Below, in pieces: positions 20,922 through 27,910 of a stretch of 27,910 nucleotides of DNA. The position numbers and the translations under genes were made by a program. Source of the stretch: Octopus sinensis (taxonomy: Eukaryota); the NCBI RefSeq assembly GCF_006345805.1, contig NW_021827556.1:1-27910 (forward strand). Direction: 5' to 3'. A model generated the notes under the pieces. It searched no databases, was not told where the DNA came from, and was given only the letters and a program-made list of their open reading frames with translations. Numbering within the stretch: the stretch's first letter is position 1; the number at the start of each line of letters is the position of its first letter.

Positions 20922-22102
20922 CTCTTTTACTTGTTTCAGTCATTTGACTGCGGCCATGCTGGAGCACCGCCTTTATTTGAGCAACTCGACCCTGGGACTT
21001 ATTCTTTGTAAGCCCAGTACTTATTCTATCGGTCTCTTTTACTTGTTTCAGTCATTTGACTGCGGCCATGCTGGAGCACCGCCTTTAATCGAGCAACTCG
21101 ACCCTGGGACTTATTCTTTGTAAGCCCAGTACTTATTCTATCGGCCTCTTTTACTTGTTTCAGTCATTTGACTGCGGCCATGCTGGAGCACCGCCTTTAA
21201 TCGAGCAACTCGACCCTGGGACTTATTCTTTGTAAGCCCAGTACTTATTCTGTCGGTCTCTTTTACTTGTTTCAGTCATTTGACTGTGGCCATGCTGGAG
21301 CACCGCCTTTAATCGAGCAACTCGACCCCGGGACTTATTCTTTTGTAAACCCAGTACTTATTCTATCGGTCTCTTTTACTTGTTTCAGTCATTTGACTGT
21401 GGCCATGCTGGAGCACCGCCTTTATTTGAGCAACTCGACCCTGGGACTTATTCTTTGTAAGCCTAGTACTTATTCTATCGGCCTCTTTTACTTGTTTCAG
21501 TCATTTGACTGTGGCCATGCTGGAGCACCGCCTTTAATCGAGCAACTCGACCCTGGGACTTATTCTTTGTAAGCCTAGTACTTATTCTATCGGCCTCTTT
21601 TACTTGTTTCAGTCATCTGACTGTGGCCATGCTGGAGCACCGCCTTTAATCGAGCAACTCGACCCTGGGACTTATTCTTTGTAAGCCCAGTACTTATTCT
21701 ATCGGCCTCTTTTACTTGTTTCAGTCATTTGACTGTGGCCATGCTGGAGCACCGCCTTTAATCAAGCAACTCGACCCTGGGACTTATTCTTTTGTAAGCC
21801 CAGTACTTATTCTATCGGTCTCTTTTGCCGAACCGCTAAGTGACGGGGACATAAACTCACCAGCATCGATTGTCAAGCAATGCTAGGGGGACAAACACAA
21901 ACACACATACACACACACATATATATATATATATACATATATACGACGGGCTTCTTTCAGTTTCCATCTACCAAATCCACTCACAAGGCTTTGGTCGGCC
22001 CGAGGCTATAGCAGAAGACACTTACCCAAGGTGCCATGCAGTGGGACTGAACCCGGAACCTTGTGGTTGGTAAGCAAGGTACTTACCACACAGCCACTCC
22101 TA
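20922..22102 (-). mobile_element. Dominant SINE with its 3' ~112 bp amplified to 8 tandem copies
   Basis: CTCTTTTACTTGTTTCAG units at 20922, 21034, 21146, 21258, 21371, 21483, 21595, 21707, followed by a single body and head. Confidence 0.92.
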
Positions 22103-22154
22103 TATGTATATATCATCATAATCATTATGACCGTCATAATTATCATCATGACCA

Positions 22155-22360
22155 TTGGTCGGCCAGAGGCTATAGCAGAAGACACTTGCCCAAGGTGCCA
22201 CGCAGTGGGAGTGAATCCAGAACCATGTGGTTGGTAAGCAAGCTACTTACCACACAGCCACTCCTGTAAGATATTTAATCTTTTCACTTCTAGTGTTTAA
22301 TCTTTTACTCTCTTTTGCTTGTTTCAATCATTTGACTGCGGCCATGCTGGAGCACCGCCT
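22155..22360 (-). mobile_element. Additional head (22155-22266) and tail (22303-22360) fragments of the dominant SINE
   Basis: Direct match to neighbouring copies. Confidence 0.85.
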
Positions 22361-22757
22361 TGGGTGGGGTGGGAGGTCAATGTGATTGATCTACCCTCAC
22401 GCAGAAATTACTGTCCTTGAGCTAAAATCTAAAAAAACCATTAAAAAAATTTTTCAATTCCTTTAAATCTTGTGTCAATCGTTTTATGATTCCTAAGGCA
22501 AGTTCTCCGTTACATTTTAAAATATTTCCTTTACCTTTATGACTCCCAAATGGTACTAAGTGGTTAGCGGTGGCCTCGTTTTATTGCTCGTTGTGGCTGC
22601 CTAATTATTGGCAACGACAAAAGTCAATAAAAGGAATATTAAAGAATAAAACCTAACATTAAAAAAAAAACCGATCAAAAACCCATAAAGTCTCTTGCTT
22701 TGATGTCACTTTTTGCCTCTGTCTTGTCTCTTCTTACACAGTTTCTGTCCTACTAAA

Positions 22758-23595
<838 letters not shown>

Positions 23596-23733
23596 TATCA
23601 GCTCATCTTTCACCAGGAGCCGGCAAGGTGAAACCTCCACATGGCTGTTACATCTGTAAGAAATAGCAGCCAAAATCTCCCGCAAATCACACTTGCTTGT
23701 CAAATGCATGCTTGTATATGTATATATTTATAA

Positions 23734-24245
23734 TCTATATATATAAAACTGTAGTTGTGTGAGTGTCTGTCTCCTACGATTTAGATTCCTAACTCCTCCC
23801 ACATTTTGCGATGCAGTTTAACCAAATTCGGGTATCTTATAGTCGTGATTCATATCGAGCCCGTCTGAGTATTAGCGCGCGTCTACGATGAGTCTACGAT
23901 TTTAAAAATAATTTAACATCATTTTTATTCCATTTTAATGCATAACTTTTCGTGTGTCGATGGCTGCGGAGTTGGCGTCCATGGTCACACCTGCACCTGT
24001 TTGCTTCTCCCCCTTCTTCCCTCCCTCGTGAAGCTGTGGGGAAGGGAGTGTAAGGAAATCAACGTCGTAAAGCGTTGTCAAGGAGACCAGCGTTCTTTTA
24101 GAAGAACGACTTCATGGCTTAAAGACACCAAAACAGAAATGGCTAAGAAAGCCCGAATTGGCATCTATAAGGGAAGTAACTCTCTAAAAATGCTTATATA
24201 GTTATTTCCCTTACAAACCCGAGCAATGCCGGGCGATACTGCTAG
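23734..24245 (+). mobile_element. Non-autonomous Helitron, family B
   Basis: A|TCTATATATATAAA 5' end; CCCGAGCAATGCCGGG hairpin plus CTAG|T 3' end; no TSD. Confidence 0.85.
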
Positions 24246-24445
24246 TTATTAATAAGCAAATAAGGGAGACTTCTAATTGGTAGCAAGAAATGCTAGAAAC
24301 AGCAGCCAAATCTCTCTGAAATTACACTTGTGTGTGTGAATGTATGTATAAGCAGGTGAGGAAGACTTCTAGATGGTAGTAAGAAATGTTAGAAATAGCA
24401 GCCATATCTCCCTCAAATCAATCTCCACAGCCCAATACATGTGTA

Positions 24446-24828
24446 TCTCTCTCTATATAAACGGCAGTTTGTCTGTGCGTTTTCTGTGTGTCTGTTTTCT
24501 CGTACCCTCACCCTGACCACGGCTTTCAACCGATTCTGATGAAACTTGACACACACATAGCCCAATGTCATAATTCAAAACTAACGCAGCGAAAATTTTG
24601 AAAAGTTCCCCCAGTTCTGAAAAAAATCGATAAATTCGACATGGGGTCGAGAATTAGAAACCCAAACCACAGACCGTCTAGGGGACGCAACTCCACCTTT
24701 TTTAACTTTCAAAAAAATTTACCATCATTTTTTTTCCATTTTTTTGCTATTTTTTCGCTATAACTCTCTAAAAATGCTTTATAGTTATTTCCCTTACAAA
24801 CCTGAGCAACGCCGGGCGATACTGCTAG
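24446..24828 (+). mobile_element. Non-autonomous Helitron, family A (second copy)
   Basis: A|TC ... CTAG|T with a subterminal hairpin; homologous to 13027-13406. Confidence 0.85.
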
Positions 24829-24842
24829 TATATATATATATA

Positions 24843-25134
24843 TCATACGAGAGAGGTCATTGCCAGTGCTGCTGAACTGGCTCCTGTGCAAGTGGCACTT
24901 AAAAACAGCATTTGAGTGTGGCCATTGCCAGTACTGCCTGACTGGCCCTCGTGCCAGTGGCACGTAAAAGCATCCACTACCCTCTTGGAGTGGTTGGCAT
25001 TAAGAAGGGCATCCAGCTGTAGAAACTCTGCCAGATCAGATTGGAGCCTGGTGCAGCCTTCTGGCCCGCCAGTCCTGTCAAACCGTCCAACCCATGCCAG
25101 CATGGAAAGCGGACGTTAAACGATGATGATGATG
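24843..25134 (+). mobile_element. 3' part of the (ATG)n-tailed retroposon
   Basis: Ends GGACGTTAAACGATGATGATGATG; inverted homologue of 19597-19790. Confidence 0.75.
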
Positions 25135-25149
25135 AAACTCTCTTATACA

Positions 25150-25428
25150 CATGCACGTGCACCTTCGTTTTAGGATCACCACTATTTTATTATCTCCCCT
25201 TCTCTCTAGCTCTCCCATGTGACCCTTCTGTCCGGCATTCGCCATGATAGATCACTAGCCACTGCACATTCTTTGTTTCTCTCCTTGTTTCTTTCTGTGT
25301 TCCTTTCTGTGGAAGAGCGTAGGCTCGAAACATTAAAGATGTTTTCAATTCCCGACCGTTATACTAATACATCTGTTTGTTGTCTACACCACCTGCCTTT
25401 GTCTTCTGTTTTCTTGTGAATTCTCCTT
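25150..25428 (+). mobile_element. Repeat-like segment with a degenerate minimal hammerhead-like motif (25303-25338)
   Basis: CUUU-CUGUGGA-A-GAGC guag GCUC-GAAA-CAUU-AAAG, the same layout as 12507-12541 and 19457-19491. Confidence 0.45.
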
Positions 25429-25480
25429 ATATGTGTGTATATATATATATATATATAGATATATATATATATATGTATAC

Positions 25481-25700
25481 AATAAAAATGGTAAATAATT
25501 TTTCTGTGGTTTTTCATTTACCAATAATTATTTACCGGTAAATTTCGGTATGTAAATACGACAAATTCATCGTCAGGAACTTTGTAAGGTTCAGTATATA
25601 GTAAGGTTCAGTATATAGTAAAGCAAATAAAAGGGCTAGCAGCAGGCTGCTTCGCCTCATACCGAAGGAATTAGAAATGGCAGTCAAAGACTGCTTTTTC
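25481..25700 (-). mobile_element. Repeat related to the 13412-13574 palindrome family
   Basis: AAGCA(A)ATAAA(A)GGG.TAGCA.C ... CATACCGAA ... TTAGAAAT.GCAGTCAAAGA is shared; 18-bp tandem duplication at ~25585-25621. Confidence 0.55.
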
Positions 25701-26239
25701 CAATTTTCTGTAAGTGGAGATTCCAAAAACGAAGGCCCGTGCAGCTCACATACACAAAATCGGAGTAGCAAATAGACGCAAACAGTCACTTACCGTTAAT
25801 AACGAACATGTTTCTGGATCACAAACTTGGAAAAGTAGTTTGATTTCCTTCTTCGGCGCTATATTCGATAGATTTACCAAATGCCACAGGCCCTCACTTC
25901 TGACCCAGCGACATCAGATAGTGGGGGGAAGTGTGCAGATGTTAAAACTAAGTAATGACTGGGAACGTAAATTTTCCCTCCAAAATTCTGCCATTTTATT
26001 TTATTTGCTTTACTATATATATATATATATTGTTGTATTTGGTGATGGTCATGTTGCCAGTTTAACCAATAAAAACACACACACTATATATTTCGTGTTC
26101 ACTTGCTTCAGATTTATTTTATACTAATCGGATTTTTGCCAGGATTCTTTCGTCACACTTCTGTGACCTCATCTGTGGTCCTTTGCTTTTTTCTTTGTTT
26201 TTTGTGTGTCTTTCCTTACTAATGATCAGCCATTTTGTA

Positions 26240-26290
26240 AATGCTGCTCCAGCATGGCAGCAGTCAAATGACTGAAGCAAGTGAAAGAGT
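26240..26290 (+). mobile_element. Tail fragment of the dominant SINE
   Basis: GCTCCAGCATGGC.GCAGTCAAATGACTGAA.CAAGT. Confidence 0.75.
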
Positions 26291-27910
26291 ATATATATGC
26301 ACATATATGCACACACATATATACATTTATACACAGAAACACATACACATATACACACACATATAAATATATGCACATATGCAAACATAAATACATACGT
26401 ATACGCTAACATAAATATACAAGCATACACACATACACACACATATACACACAGACTTACATGCCACACATGTAAACACACATACATACATAAGCACACA
26501 TACCTTCATGCATGCACACATATATATATATACATGCACACATACATATACATACACACATAATCACCCATACACATACCTATACGCAAACACACACACA
26601 TACATATACACACATATACACATATACATATACCTACACACACATACCGACACACACACAGATATGCATACACACATACATATACACATACCTATACACA
26701 AACACACACACAGATACATATACACACATATACACATATACATATACCTACACACACATACCGACACACACAGATATGCATACACACACATATACATATA
26801 CACATAACTATACACAAATACACAAACAGATACATATACACACATATACACATATACATACACACACATACCCACACACACAGATATGCATACACACACA
26901 TATGCATACACACATATACATATACACATACCTGTACACAAATACACACAGAGATACATATACACACATATACACATACCTACACACACATACCCACACA
27001 CACAAATATGCATACACACACATATACATATACACATACCTGTACACAAATACACACACAGATACATATACACACATATACACATACCTACACACACATA
27101 CCCACACACACAAATATGCATACACACACATATACATATACAATACCTGTACACAAACACACACAGATACATAGACACACATATACACAACCTACACACA
27201 CATACCCACACACACAAATATGCATACACACACATATACATATACACCTACCTGTACACAAATACACACAGATACATAACACACATATACACATACTACA
27301 CACACATACCCACACACACAAATATGCATACACACACATAACATAACACATACCTGTACACAAATACACACACAGATACATATACACACATATACACATA
27401 CCTACACACACATACCCACACACACAAATATGCATACACACACATATACATATACACATACCTGTACACAAATACACACACAGATACATATACACACATA
27501 TACACATACCTACACACACATACCCACACACACAAATATGCATACACACACATATACATATACACATACCTGTACACAAATACACACACAGATACATATA
27601 CACACATATACACATACCTACACACACATACCCACACACCAATATGCATACACACACATATACATATACACATACCTGTACACCATACACACACAGATAC
27701 ATATACACACATACAACATACCTACACAACATACCCACAAACACAAATATGCATACACACACAATACATATACACATACCTGTACACAAATACACACAGA
27801 GATCATATAAACACATATACACATACCTACACACACATACCACCACACACAATATGCATACACACACATATACATATACAATACCTGTACACAAATACAC
27901 ACACAGATAC
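26290..27910. repeat. (CA/TA)-rich low-complexity DNA grading into a ~108-bp minisatellite (at least 10 copies, runs off the window)
   Basis: CCTGTACAC landmarks at 26931, 27039, 27146, 27251, 27353, 27461, 27569, 27675, 27779, 27884. Confidence 0.9.

Noticed and set aside
23938-24201. Captured gene fragment or RepHel remnant inside Helitron B
   Set aside because: No recognisable motif; would need a tblastx search.
25714-26127. 137-aa ORF as a gene
   Set aside because: Non-ATG start, runs through (TA)n, and no recognisable domain.
26297-27902. Many His/Thr/Tyr- and Cys/Val-rich ORFs
   Set aside because: Translations of CA/TA repeats.

Overview
Eukaryotic, AT-rich, almost entirely repeat-derived DNA with no intact protein-coding gene. 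The SINE families and dense (TA)n/(CA)n/(TCTA)n/(AAT)n microsatellites look like an octopus (coleoid cephalopod) intron or intergenic region; this assignment is an inference from recalled repeat families. Nearly all listed ORFs are microsatellite or SINE artefacts. The only real coding remnants are a broken Tc1/mariner (maT/DD37D-like) transposase (5549-6543) and the 3' end of a CR1/L2-group LINE ORF2 (11369-12101, minus). The window also holds hAT-, piggyBac- and Mutator-type MITEs with visible target-site duplications (TSDs), six non-autonomous Helitron copies and several tRNA-derived SINEs. The main points are three. (1) A complete type I hammerhead ribozyme at 10932-11008 lies in a tandem-plus-inverted, Penelope/retrozyme-like repeat, and degenerate hammerhead-like cores occur in at least five other repeat families. 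(2) Two MITE concatemers have units joined by a foreign spacer bounded by TSD-type repeats, while each whole array sits in one outer TSD. (3) Elements of four different classes have been tandemly amplified locally. All coordinates were read by eye and may be off by a few bases.
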